A stretch of 64,000 bases of DNA, taken from NCBI GenBank assembly GCA_963840455.1, contig CAWIYV010000001.1:192001-256000 (forward strand), given 5' to 3'. Origin of the DNA: Nitrospirota bacterium (lineage in GTDB: Bacteria; Nitrospirota; UBA9217). Position 1 is the first letter of the stretch. Each line of letters begins with the position of its first letter. The notes under the pieces were generated by a model. It searched no databases, was not told the DNA's origin, and saw nothing but the letters and a program-made list of their open reading frames with translations. A program made the position numbers and the translations under genes. Positions 10,293 through 19,643 of the stretch are shown piece by piece.

Positions 10293-10306
10293 TGTAATGG
10301 ATTACA
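10293..10306. promoter_or_regulatory. Palindromic putative enhancer-binding-protein site
   Basis: TGTAAT-GG-ATTACA upstream of the sigma54 site in AT-rich DNA. Confidence 0.45.
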
Positions 10307-10412
10307 CAACAATGATTTCGTATTGGCGTTTATCGGTAAGCCACCGATGATTAAAAAAAGACGCTTCTAATAGACGGTCAAAAAAATAACCTGTTGACGC
10401 AACTGCTTGAAA

Positions 10413-10937
10413 TCATGATATTACAGTCCACTTTTTCCCGCCACATGAACGCCACAGCTTTGTTCTCCCTGTCAGAGTCACGGTTATCGCCATGGTCTCT
10501 TTTCCATTCGTGAGGTAAAGAGCACCGGTAGGAATGACCGTACCCTTCGGATGGAAATGCGCGAGGTTCTTTATCCCGTCACTCTCAAAAGTAACGCCGT
10601 CGGCAGGAGGCATTTCACCCGGCTCAGTGGGTTTTCCCTTTACGTTGGGATCAGTGCCGAATCGAATCCCTTCGGGAATATTTACGTATCGCGACCCATT
10701 CATGGTGTATGAGTTGGTGATCGGATCAAAGGACAGGTAACAGGACTCTCCGCTGGACCATGCCGTCACACGCGCAAGCCGAATATCGACTGCAATTGTT
10801 TCCATGGCGGCTCTCAGCTTGATCGATCCTGCATACTCCTGCATGGACGCAAACGCCAGCGAGCACAAGACGCCGATAATAGCCAAGACAATAATCACCT
10901 CCATTAGTGTGTAACCCTCCCCGTCAGTTTTGAACAT
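10413..10937 (-). CDS. FimT/GspH-like prepilin
   Basis: EG|YTLMEVII motif; AGGAGG RBS. Confidence 0.75.
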   Translation of the reverse strand: MFKTDGEGYTLMEVIIVLAIIGVLCSLAFASMQEYAGSIKLRAAMETIAVDIRLARVTAWSSGESCYLSFDPITNSYTMNGSRYVNIPEGIRFGTDPNVKGKPTEPGEMPPADGVTFESDGIKNLAHFHPKGTVIPTGALYLTNGKETMAITVTLTGRTKLWRSCGGKKWTVIS

Positions 10938-11159
10938 GACCGCACCTCCTGCATTGAGATCGTTACTTCTGCAGGAGCGTAACAGGGGCGCATTACCGGC
11001 CTATTGCCATAGCCATACGGAATGCAGGCAATTACTTTTTGGTCAATTATTTTTTTTCAGAGGAACGGACAAGAAGAAACGAAGACGGGTGATAAGGAAC
11101 AAGCAAAGAAACTGAATCGTCGGCAGGATTACAATAGTAAGAAGTCAACGGGAGGGTCA

Positions 11160-11271
11160 TTGAAGCTCCCTGCAGCTGGCTGCAGAGAATCTTCGATCCT
11201 CAAGGTAGAATGGTTATCCTCATCGCTCGCGGACCCAGCGGCAAGCTGCGGGGAATGCGCTCGCTCCTGGA
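11160..11271 (-). mobile_element. Double-hairpin repeat element, copy 1 (PATE-like, IS200/IS605-related)
   Basis: Reads TCCAGGAGCGAGCGCATT...GAGCTTCAA on - strand; preceded by ATGAA. Confidence 0.75.
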
Positions 11272-11376
11272 TTCATCCGAATGTATCCTGTTATCGCATC
11301 CTGTCGAAAGGATCTCCGGGTTGTTCGTCTTGTCGGTTGGTGCGTCAGTTATCAGGGAAGATGACCGGGGTAGGTT

Positions 11377-12801
11377 CTATTTTTGGGGAGCATGAACGAG
11401 GTATTCATGCATGGCCTGAGCGGCCCTTCTTCCCGCGCCCATGGCAGAGATGACTGTGGCCGAGCCGGTCACGATATCGCCGCCGGCAAAGACGCCCGGT
11501 TTGCTGGTCTTTCCGGTCCTTTCGTCGGCGATGATGTAGCCCCACTTGTGGAGAGCGAGGTCCTTCGTGCTCTGCGGGACCAGGGGGTTGGCATTGGTGC
11601 CGATGGCCATGATGATGGTGTCGATTTGGATGCGGAACTCCGAGCCCTTGACGGGCCGGGATTTTCTGCGGCCGCTCGCATCGGGCTCGCCAAGCTCCAT
11701 GCGCACGCACTCCACTGCGTTCACCGAACCATCCTTGCCGAGGATGCGCACAGGCTCTGCAAGGACCTCAAAGCGCACGCCTTCTTCTTTTGCGTGATGG
11801 ACCTCTTCGCGACGGGCAGGCATGTCCTCCTCCGTACGCCGGTAGATGATGATGGCCTCCCCTGCTCCGAGGCGCAGGGCCGTCCTCACAGAGTCCATTG
11901 CCACGTTGCCGCCGCCGACTACCGCGACCCGCTCCCCTTTCCGGATGGGCGTGTCGAACTCGGGGGAATAGGCCCGCATGATGTTCATCCGCGTCAGGAA
12001 CTCATTGGCTGAATAGACCCCGTTCAGCTCCTCGCCCTCGATGTCCATGAACTTGGGCGTGCCGGCGCCGGTGGCGACGAAACAGACGTCGTACTGTTCG
12101 AGGATCTCATCGATGCTGATGAGCTTGCCGACGACCACGTTCAGCGCGATCTCGACGCCCATCCGTTTCAGCAGGTCGATCTCCCGAGCCACGATCTTCT
12201 TGGGCAGACGGAACTCCGGGATGCCGTAGAGCAGGACGCCGCCCGGCTCATGGAACGCTTCGAGGACCGTGACCGCATGGCCAAGCTTCGCCAGCTCATA
12301 GGCGCAGGCCAGGCCTGCGGGTCCGCTGCCGACGATGGCGACCTTCTTTCCCGTCGGCGGTGCCACCGGCGGGGGATCCACGAGACCATGCTGCATGACC
12401 CAGTCGGCCGCGAACCGCTCCAGCCTGCCGATGCCCACGGGGTCGAACTTCTTGCCCACGACGCAGCGCTGCTCACACTGTTTCTCCTGCGGGCAAACCC
12501 TGCCGCAGACCGCCGGGAGCAGGTTCGACTCCTTGATCGCGTCAAGGGCCGCCTTGAACTTCCCTTCCTTCACCAACTTGATGAACCGCGGGATGGGGAC
12601 CTGGACCGGGCACCCCTGCACGCAGGCGGGCTTGGGGCAGTTGAGGCAGCGCGCCGCCTCCTGCTGAGCCAAGTCGGCCGTATAGCCGAGAGAGACCTCG
12701 CCATAGTTCGATCTGCGTTGCTGAGGGTCTTGTTCGGGGATGGGTGTCTTGCGGGGGACGATCTTGGAAGCTGGTTTCCGTCCGGCGGCTGTTTCCGTCA
12801 T
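11377..12801 (-). CDS. nfnB: NfnB/SudA (GltD-like) NADPH-dependent oxidoreductase subunit
   Basis: RCLNC..P.C..GCP and CGRVCP..QCE..C Fe-S motifs; GSGPAG and GGGNVA Rossmann motifs; paired with nfnA. Confidence 0.85.
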   Translation of the reverse strand: MTETAAGRKPASKIVPRKTPIPEQDPQQRRSNYGEVSLGYTADLAQQEAARCLNCPKPACVQGCPVQVPIPRFIKLVKEGKFKAALDAIKESNLLPAVCGRVCPQEKQCEQRCVVGKKFDPVGIGRLERFAADWVMQHGLVDPPPVAPPTGKKVAIVGSGPAGLACAYELAKLGHAVTVLEAFHEPGGVLLYGIPEFRLPKKIVAREIDLLKRMGVEIALNVVVGKLISIDEILEQYDVCFVATGAGTPKFMDIEGEELNGVYSANEFLTRMNIMRAYSPEFDTPIRKGERVAVVGGGNVAMDSVRTALRLGAGEAIIIYRRTEEDMPARREEVHHAKEEGVRFEVLAEPVRILGKDGSVNAVECVRMELGEPDASGRRKSRPVKGSEFRIQIDTIIMAIGTNANPLVPQSTKDLALHKWGYIIADERTGKTSKPGVFAGGDIVTGSATVISAMGAGRRAAQAMHEYLVHAPQK

Positions 12802-12819
12802 GGTCTCGGCTGTTCCTTG

Positions 12820-12931
12820 TTGAAGATCCCTGCAGCAAGCTACAGGGAATCTTCGATCCTCAGTGTGGTATGCTGATCCTCATCGCCCGCTGACCCTGCA
12901 GCAAGCGGCGGGGAATGCGCTCGTTCCTGGA
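12820..12931 (-). mobile_element. Double-hairpin repeat element, copy 2
   Basis: Colinear with copy 1; lies between nfnA and nfnB; preceded by ATGAA containing the nfnA stop. Confidence 0.75.
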
Positions 12932-12932
12932 T

Positions 12933-13799
12933 TCATCGTTCGCAGACCGGCGCGGCGCTTCCGAGCATCTGCTCATGGCGCTTCTTCCAGGCCTCGAAGG
13001 ACTCCCGTTCTTCAGCAATGTAGGACTTCTGCCGGTTCATGAGCGCTACCCAGTCCACCTGGTGGCCGTCGAACTCGGGTCCGTCGACGCAGGCGAACAT
13101 CGTTTTTCCGCCAACCGTCACCCGGCACCCGCCGCACATGCCCGTGCCGTCCACCATGATGGGGTTCAGGCTGACCACGGTCCGGACGCCGAAGGGCCGC
13201 GTGGCCTCAGCGACGAACCGCATCATGATGGCCGGTCCTACGGAAACGACGAGCCCTGCCGGCCTGCAGGTCAATTCCCTGACGAGCACGTCCGTGACCA
13301 GGCCTTTCGTGCCCTTGCTGCCGTCATCGGTGGTGACGATCACCTCGTCGGCGACCGTCCGCATCTCGTCCTCGTAAACGAGCAGGTCCGCGCTCCGCGC
13401 TCCCATGATGACCGCGACCTCGTTGCCTGCGGTCTTGTAGGCCCGCGCAATGGGATAAAGCGGCGCCACACCGAACCCGCCTCCCACGATGACGACCCGC
13501 CCGACCTTCTCGATGTGCGTCGGCTGGCCGAGGGGCCCGCAGAGGTCCAGGATGTCGTCGCCCTGGTTCAGCAGCACCATCTCGTTTGTGGTCTTCCCCA
13601 CTGCCATGACGATAAGGCTGATCGTGCCCCCGGCAGGATCGATGTCCGCAAGCGACAGCGGGATACGCTCACCGCGGTCGTGCAGGCGGACGATGACGAA
13701 CTGTCCGGGTCTCGCCTTCTGCGAGATCAGCGGGGCCGCGATCTTGAAATAGAAGACATCGGGCTGCCGGATCAGCCGTTTCTCGAGGATCTTTGCCAT
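12933..13799 (-). CDS. nfnA: NfnA/SudB (PyrK-like) FAD/[2Fe-2S] subunit
   Basis: PGQFVI, ERIPLS, DGTGMCGGCR, FACVDGPEFDG motifs. Confidence 0.85.
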   Translation of the reverse strand: MAKILEKRLIRQPDVFYFKIAAPLISQKARPGQFVIVRLHDRGERIPLSLADIDPAGGTISLIVMAVGKTTNEMVLLNQGDDILDLCGPLGQPTHIEKVGRVVIVGGGFGVAPLYPIARAYKTAGNEVAVIMGARSADLLVYEDEMRTVADEVIVTTDDGSKGTKGLVTDVLVRELTCRPAGLVVSVGPAIMMRFVAEATRPFGVRTVVSLNPIMVDGTGMCGGCRVTVGGKTMFACVDGPEFDGHQVDWVALMNRQKSYIAEERESFEAWKKRHEQMLGSAAPVCER

Positions 13800-14010
13800 G
13801 GCGCGAAATAGTACCACAGTATGAAAATTTTTTATAGGGAAATGTGCAAAACAAATAGAGAGTACCGGGAGGCGAACAAGGACATCATCACGAGAGCGAA
13901 CAGGTGACTCGGGAAGCAGAGCAATGACAACCGCACGGTTCAAGGGCTGTATTTAGCGGCGACCGTCGATTACCGTAACACAACATACTCATCCGCGCAG
14001 ATCACTTGTT

Positions 14011-15333
14011 TTACAGCAGGGTCGCGGCCAGTTCGGCGAGATCCGAGCGTTCGCCTTTCACCAGGGTGATGTGGCCGGCAATGGGCTCTTCCTTGAAGCG
14101 ATCGACCACATAGGTGAGCCCGTTGCTGGACGAGTCGATATAAGGGTTGTCGATCTGGTAGGGGTCGCCGGTCAGAACGACCTTGGTCCCCTCGCCTGCA
14201 CGCGTGATGATGGTCTTGATCTCGTGGGGTGTCAGGTTCTGCGCCTCGTCAACGATGAGATACTGGTTCGGCATGCTCCGGCCGCGGATATAGGTGAGCG
14301 GCTCGACCTCGATCATGCCCAGATCGAACAGGCTCTGGAGGTCCTTCTTGCCCTTCGCCCTGCCCGCCACCGCCGACGCCGAGGCGCCCATGAGGAAGTC
14401 GAGGTTGTCGCGGATGGGCTGCATCCAGGGCCTGAGCTTTTCCTCGATGTCGCCGGGCAGGAACCCGATGTCCTTGCCGAGAGGGAACACGGGGCGGGAG
14501 ACAACGAGGCGCTGGAACGCCCGGTTCTCGATGGTCTTCTCCAGGCCGGCGGCGAGCGCAAGGAGCGTCTTCCCGGTGCCGGCCCGTCCGACGAGGGTCA
14601 CGAGCCGGATATCGTCGTTCAGGAGCAGGTCGAGCGCGTACTGCTGCTGCTTGTTCCGCGCCGAGATGCCCCAGATGCCATGCTTGGTGCTCGCGATCGG
14701 CACGAGGGCATGCTTCTGCTGGCTGTAGCGCGCCAGCGCGGTCTGCGAGGGATTGGCGTTGTTCTTGATCAACACGAACTCGTTCGGCAGTGGCTTGGGC
14801 TCAACGGCAGGGAGCTCCCCCCGGGAATAGAACTCCTCGACCGCTCCGGGGTCGACCGCCATCTCCACCTCCCCTGAATAGAGCTCGTCAAGGGTGATCG
14901 TGTCAGACTCGTAGTCCTCGGCGCGCATCCCGAGCGCGTCGGCCTTGATGCGGAGGTTCGTGTCCTTGGTCACAAGGATGACCGGCAGGTCATCGTGCTT
15001 GAGGTTGAGCGCCGTGGCGAGGATACGGTTGTCAGCCTTGGTCGCGATGAGCTCGCTCGGCAGACGTTCCGGGGACTGGTGGTTCAGCTCCACACGCAGG
15101 CATCCCCCACCCTCGAGCTTCACGCCCTGGGAGAGCTTGCCTTTCTGCCGGTATTCATCAAGGATCCTCGACACCTGCCTCGCGTTCCGGCCGATCTCGT
15201 CGATGCCCTTCTTGAACTTGTCGAGCTCCTCGATCACCACGATCGGTACCACCACGTCGTTGTCCTCGAAGGAAAAGATCGCCCGCGGGTCGTGAAGCAG
15301 CACGTTGGTATCCAATACAAATACCTTTTTCAT
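14011..15333 (-). CDS. PIN-domain PhoH-family ATPase (PhoH2/YlaK-like)
   Basis: VLDTNVLL PIN motif; GRAGTGKT; RGRS; DEAQN. Confidence 0.9.
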   Translation of the reverse strand: MKKVFVLDTNVLLHDPRAIFSFEDNDVVVPIVVIEELDKFKKGIDEIGRNARQVSRILDEYRQKGKLSQGVKLEGGGCLRVELNHQSPERLPSELIATKADNRILATALNLKHDDLPVILVTKDTNLRIKADALGMRAEDYESDTITLDELYSGEVEMAVDPGAVEEFYSRGELPAVEPKPLPNEFVLIKNNANPSQTALARYSQQKHALVPIASTKHGIWGISARNKQQQYALDLLLNDDIRLVTLVGRAGTGKTLLALAAGLEKTIENRAFQRLVVSRPVFPLGKDIGFLPGDIEEKLRPWMQPIRDNLDFLMGASASAVAGRAKGKKDLQSLFDLGMIEVEPLTYIRGRSMPNQYLIVDEAQNLTPHEIKTIITRAGEGTKVVLTGDPYQIDNPYIDSSSNGLTYVVDRFKEEPIAGHITLVKGERSDLAELAATLL

Positions 15334-15400
15334 GGACCGTCCTTGATCAATGGATTCTTCGTTACGGGCGTGATGCCCGCATGATAACGCCACCGGCCGG

Positions 15401-16018
15401 TTATGCCGGTGCAGCAATGTCTAGGATGCCCTGACGGATGATGCGTGGAGGTTCAACGGTAACATCGACGACGGTCGACGGCCTGTCCCCCGTTGTGACC
15501 CCCCCGTCCAGGATCAGGTCGACGCGGTCACCCACTTCGCGCATGACCTCTTTCACAGTGCGGGGATCGCGGCCACCCGACCGGTTCGCGCTCGTTCCAG
15601 TCAGAGCTGTTCCCAGATGCCGGAGCAGTTCCCTCGTCAGCTCGTTGCCCGGCACCCGCAGACCGATCGTGCCGCCCCCACCCGTCAGTCCCGGAAGCAC
15701 ATGCGGAGTTGCAGGGAACACCAGCGTAAGCGGCCCCGGCCAGAAGCGGTCCATCAGCCGTTCGGCCGACGGGGTGACCGCCGAGGCCCATGCGGCGACC
15801 TCGCTCCGGTCGTGCAGGAGCAGGAGGATGGGCTGGCCGGCCTCCCTGCCCTTTATGGTGAAGAGCCTTCTCACTGCTTCGGGGTCCCGGGGGTCCGCAC
15901 CCAGTCCGTAGAACGTGTCCGTCGGATAGGCGATGACGCCCCCGGCCCGGACAACTTCCCTGCATCGCGCGAAGACCGCATCAAGAGGTCCATCCAGTTT
16001 GAGTATCGCTACCGCCAT
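15401..16018 (-). CDS. tsaC: L-threonylcarbamoyladenylate synthase (TsaC/Sua5)
   Basis: YPTDTFYGL, IKGR, WPGPLT, TSANRSG, STVVD. Confidence 0.9.
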   Translation of the reverse strand: MAVAILKLDGPLDAVFARCREVVRAGGVIAYPTDTFYGLGADPRDPEAVRRLFTIKGREAGQPILLLLHDRSEVAAWASAVTPSAERLMDRFWPGPLTLVFPATPHVLPGLTGGGGTIGLRVPGNELTRELLRHLGTALTGTSANRSGGRDPRTVKEVMREVGDRVDLILDGGVTTGDRPSTVVDVTVEPPRIIRQGILDIAAPA

Positions 16019-16027
16019 AGAGCCTTG

Positions 16028-16879
16028 TCAGCGGTTCGCCATCAGGACGATGTCGCCGTTCTTTCTCCGCAGGCCTTTCGCCACGACCGGGCACTTCACC
16101 ATGAAGAGGAAGAAAGTCCGCGCGTCGCGCTCCTGCACCAAGGTCTCGTAGTTCGCCTGGCCCTTGCTGATGATCAGGTCAGCCGTTCGGTATTCCTGCA
16201 GGAACGCTTCCGAGCACAGCTCGAGCAGCGTACCGATGCCATCATTGCCATTGTCGATGACCGCTGATGCTGATCCGTGAAGCCCCGCGGACCGTGCGTC
16301 CTCGAGCGTAGCGTCATTGATGACCGGCACGCCCTTGACAACGGCTGTAACCTCCTTGCCCCTGTCCCGCAGCGTCTCGATCAGGACGCGATCGAACACG
16401 ATCTCGCCGGCGTTGTCGCACAGATAGAGGACCCGGCGCGCTTTGTGAACAGCGGCGGAGAAGTCATCAAAGGCTGTGTCTGCAAGGGGCAGTTCGAAGG
16501 AGTCCCGGAGAGCGCGGTCCAGGTCGACATTGTCGTAGATGCCGAAATCGATCACATTCCCGGCGATCGCGGCCCTGACGCTGCCGGCAAGCCGGTCCGT
16601 GCTGTGGGCCATGCGTCGCACATCGGGAAGCTTCTCGAGAGCGATGCGGTTATATGTTTCCTTGACCTTCCGGTAGGGATCGACCCCGCTCTCCTCGCGT
16701 ATGAGCCGGTGCAGCAGTGTCGAAACGCGGGCCGGCGCCTGATCGAACGAGACGCTCTCGATGATGGACCCTGCCCTGCGGGTGATGACCCTGCCCCGGT
16801 CGCCGTTGACCCCGGCGTATGCCAGCGTCCGGGAGACCTGCCGGAAGAAGCACGGCAGACACTCGAGCTCCGTTCTCAC
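16028..16879 (-). CDS. DUF89/ARMT1-like damage-control phosphatase
   Basis: GTG overlapping purE stop; ECLPC, AGNVIDFG, DNAGEIVFD, KGQANYE, KC motifs. Confidence 0.85.
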   Translation of the reverse strand: MRTELECLPCFFRQVSRTLAYAGVNGDRGRVITRRAGSIIESVSFDQAPARVSTLLHRLIREESGVDPYRKVKETYNRIALEKLPDVRRMAHSTDRLAGSVRAAIAGNVIDFGIYDNVDLDRALRDSFELPLADTAFDDFSAAVHKARRVLYLCDNAGEIVFDRVLIETLRDRGKEVTAVVKGVPVINDATLEDARSAGLHGSASAVIDNGNDGIGTLLELCSEAFLQEYRTADLIISKGQANYETLVQERDARTFFLFMVKCPVVAKGLRRKNGDIVLMANR

Positions 16880-17499
16880 GTGGCCGATCCCTGCGATGGG
16901 GCTGAGCCCGGCTTTTTCTTCCAGCGCCGACGGCGGGGCTTCTTTTTCTTGATCTCCGCGCCTGCGGCAGGTTCCGCCTCGCCGGCCGCGGGTTCGGCAC
17001 AGACCACCGCCGTCAGTTTCTTCGCCTTTTCCTCGATGTCCCGCTCCATCTCCACCTTGTAGACCTTGAGCCGATTGGCCACCTTCACGTCCGCCGATGC
17101 GATGATCTGCGCCGCGAAGATCCCGGCGTTCTTGGCGCCCGCCTTGCCGAGCGACATGGTGGCCACCGGCACGCCGCCGGGCATCTGGACCGTCGAGAGA
17201 AGCGCGTCGATCCCCTTGAGCGCCGAAGAGTCGATCGGCACGCCGATGACCGGCAGGGTCGTCTGGGACGCGATCACGCCGGCAAGGTGGGCCGCCCAGC
17301 CCGCCCCTGCAATGATCACCTTGAGGCCGCGCCGTTCGGCGCTCTGGCTGTACTCCAGCACCTTCTTGGGCGTGCGGTGCGCCGAGGCGATTGTCATCTC
17401 GTACTCGATGCCGAACTCCCGGAGCATTGCCCCTGCCTCCTGCATGATCGACAGATCGGAGTCGCTCCCCATCAATATTCCCACTACGGGCTTTGGCAT
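16876..17499 (-). CDS. purE: N5-CAIR mutase PurE with basic C-terminal extension
   Basis: MGSDSD, SAHRTP, AAHLAG, VQMPGGVPVAT. Confidence 0.95.
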   Translation of the reverse strand: MPKPVVGILMGSDSDLSIMQEAGAMLREFGIEYEMTIASAHRTPKKVLEYSQSAERRGLKVIIAGAGWAAHLAGVIASQTTLPVIGVPIDSSALKGIDALLSTVQMPGGVPVATMSLGKAGAKNAGIFAAQIIASADVKVANRLKVYKVEMERDIEEKAKKLTAVVCAEPAAGEAEPAAGAEIKKKKPRRRRWKKKPGSAPSQGSAT

Positions 17500-17550
17500 A
17501 GGAACTCCCTTCTTGCGATTTCGTTATCGTACCGGCTCGAACCGACCCGG

Positions 17551-18321
17551 TCACAGGTCCTTGGGATCGTCGATAAATACCGTGCTCACGCCGAACGCTT
17601 TGTTCACCGGCCGCATCAGCGCCCGGACACCCACCGTCTCCGTGGCATAGTGGCCCGCGGCAATGACGTTCATCCTCTGGTCCCGTGCTGCGTTATACAC
17701 GGCCAGGTCGATCTCGCCGACGATAAAACAGTCGAGGCCCGCTTCCCGTGCCTCGTTCAGCATGCTGCCGCCGCCTCCCGAGATTACGCCGATTGATCGG
17801 ACATGGTCCTTGCCGAACCCGAGAACGCGGCACGTTGACCTCAGCTGTCCGCTCAGCTTTTTCGCCACTGCATCCAACGCTGCTGCCTTGCCGAGCGTCC
17901 CCGCATATCCGATCCTGATGCCGTGGTACCTCCCGAACCTCCGGGGTTCCCGGACGCCAAGCAGGCGGCACAGCTGGATATTGTTCCCGTACTCGGCATG
18001 CAGGTCAAGCGGCAAATGCGCTGCATAGAGCGCCATATTGCGCTTGGAGAGGTAGGCCGCCCGCCGCCGCTCCAGCTCCCGGTCCTTCTGCGGCCGCCAC
18101 TTGATCCCGTGGTGGACGATCAGGAGGTCGATGGCCAGGCGGTCCGCCTTTTCAAAAGTGGAGAGACAGGCATCGACGGCGAACCCTACGCGTTTGATCT
18201 CCGTGCCCGCCCGCGGCCGCACCTGCAATCCGTTCATTGATGCGTCGCGGATCGTCCTTGTCCGCAGCGTCTTGTTCAGAAAGCCCACAATATCCGCTAT
18301 TGCGGCTTTTTTCATCCTCAT
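17551..18321 (-). CDS. Nif3-like dinuclear metal centre protein
   Basis: NGLQV, VHHG, HLPLD.H, GHYATE. Confidence 0.9.
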   Translation of the reverse strand: MRMKKAAIADIVGFLNKTLRTRTIRDASMNGLQVRPRAGTEIKRVGFAVDACLSTFEKADRLAIDLLIVHHGIKWRPQKDRELERRRAAYLSKRNMALYAAHLPLDLHAEYGNNIQLCRLLGVREPRRFGRYHGIRIGYAGTLGKAAALDAVAKKLSGQLRSTCRVLGFGKDHVRSIGVISGGGGSMLNEAREAGLDCFIVGEIDLAVYNAARDQRMNVIAAGHYATETVGVRALMRPVNKAFGVSTVFIDDPKDL

Positions 18322-19595
18322 GTCCCTGTTTCGAGCGCCCGGGCGCCAATGTCTCTTCGGTAATGCGCGCCTTCGAAGGAAATCTCACGAACGCCGGCAT
18401 AGGCGGTGTCGATGGCAGCCGCCACACTGGGCCCGAAGCCGGTTACCCCCAGGACCCTTCCACCGTCGGTGACCACCTTCCCATCCTTGAACGCGGTCCC
18501 GGAATGAAAGACCATGACATTCCTGAGGCCCGCGGCCTTGTCCAGGCCCCGAATCTCCTTGCCCTTCTCATAGCCGCCCGGGTACCCGCCCGAGGCTATG
18601 ACCACGCAGACAGCGGAGTCGGCCTTCCACTTGACCGGTGTCAAGGCGAGCTTGCCGTCCAGGATGGATTCGATGATTTCGATAAGGTCGCTGTCGAGCC
18701 TGGCCATGACAGGCTGTGTCTCGGGGTCGCCGAACCGGGCGTTGAACTCGAGGACCCTTGCCTCGCCGTTGTGGATCATGAGGCCGGCATAGAGGATGCC
18801 CTTGAACAGCCGGCCCTCCTTCTCCATGGCCCGCACGGTCGGATTCATCACTTTCTCCATGACCTGCTTCTCGATCTGCTTCGTCACGACCGGCGCCGGC
18901 GAATACGCGCCCATGCCGCCGGTGTTCGGCCCCTTGTCTGCGTCGAACACCCGCTTGTGGTCCTGCGACGATGCCATGGGAATAACGGTCTTCCCGTCGG
19001 TGAAGGCCATGAACGATGCCTCCTCGCCCCTGAGACATTCCTCGACAACCACAACATCGCCTGCTTCGCCGAATACCTTTTTGGTCATGATGAGGTCGAG
19101 GGCATTGACCGCCTCCTCGACCGTCTCCGCGACCACCACGCCCTTGCCTGCGGCAAGACCCGCCGCCTTCACGACGATGGGAGCGCCCTTGCTCCTTATA
19201 TAGGCCTCGGCCTCGGCCCGGTCCGTAAAGGCCCCGTACTCGGCCGAGGGAATGTGGTATTTCTTCATCAGGTCCTTGGTGAAGGCCTTGTTCGCCTCGA
19301 TCTCTGCCGCGTTCTTTGCCGGCCCGAAGACACGGAGCCCCTCCTTCTGGAACTCATCCACGATGCCCATCGAGAGCGGCCCCTCGGGCCCGACAATGGT
19401 CAGGTCCACTGCCTTCGAGCTCGCGAACGCAACAAGACCGGCAATGTCCTCGGCCCTGATCGGAACACATTCGGCAAGCTGCGCCATGCCGGCGTTGCCT
19501 GGCGCCGCGTAGATCTTTGTTACCCGAGGGCTCTGGGAGACCTTCCAGACCAGGGCGTGCTCCCTGCCCCCGCCGCCAACGACAAGAACTTTCAT
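18318..19595 (-). CDS. purD: Phosphoribosylamine-glycine ligase
   Basis: GGGGREHA, GPNTGGMG, EFNARFGDPETQ. Confidence 0.97.
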   Translation of the reverse strand: MKVLVVGGGGREHALVWKVSQSPRVTKIYAAPGNAGMAQLAECVPIRAEDIAGLVAFASSKAVDLTIVGPEGPLSMGIVDEFQKEGLRVFGPAKNAAEIEANKAFTKDLMKKYHIPSAEYGAFTDRAEAEAYIRSKGAPIVVKAAGLAAGKGVVVAETVEEAVNALDLIMTKKVFGEAGDVVVVEECLRGEEASFMAFTDGKTVIPMASSQDHKRVFDADKGPNTGGMGAYSPAPVVTKQIEKQVMEKVMNPTVRAMEKEGRLFKGILYAGLMIHNGEARVLEFNARFGDPETQPVMARLDSDLIEIIESILDGKLALTPVKWKADSAVCVVIASGGYPGGYEKGKEIRGLDKAAGLRNVMVFHSGTAFKDGKVVTDGGRVLGVTGFGPSVAAAIDTAYAGVREISFEGAHYRRDIGARALETGT

Positions 19596-19643
19596 GTTCG
19601 CTCCTTCGCGTTCTGTTGCTGTCTCCGCGGGCCGCCCACTGGC

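Noticed and set aside
11022-11453. ORFs containing KLPAA..ESSILK / SKLRGMRSL peptides (also 57644..57955, 57756..58019)
   Set aside because: These are translations of the non-coding repeat element.
16880-17554. 508-aa ORF suggesting a long N-terminal extension of the DUF89 protein
   Set aside because: The extension is an alternate frame of purE; the family start (MRTELECLPC) is the GTG at 16879.
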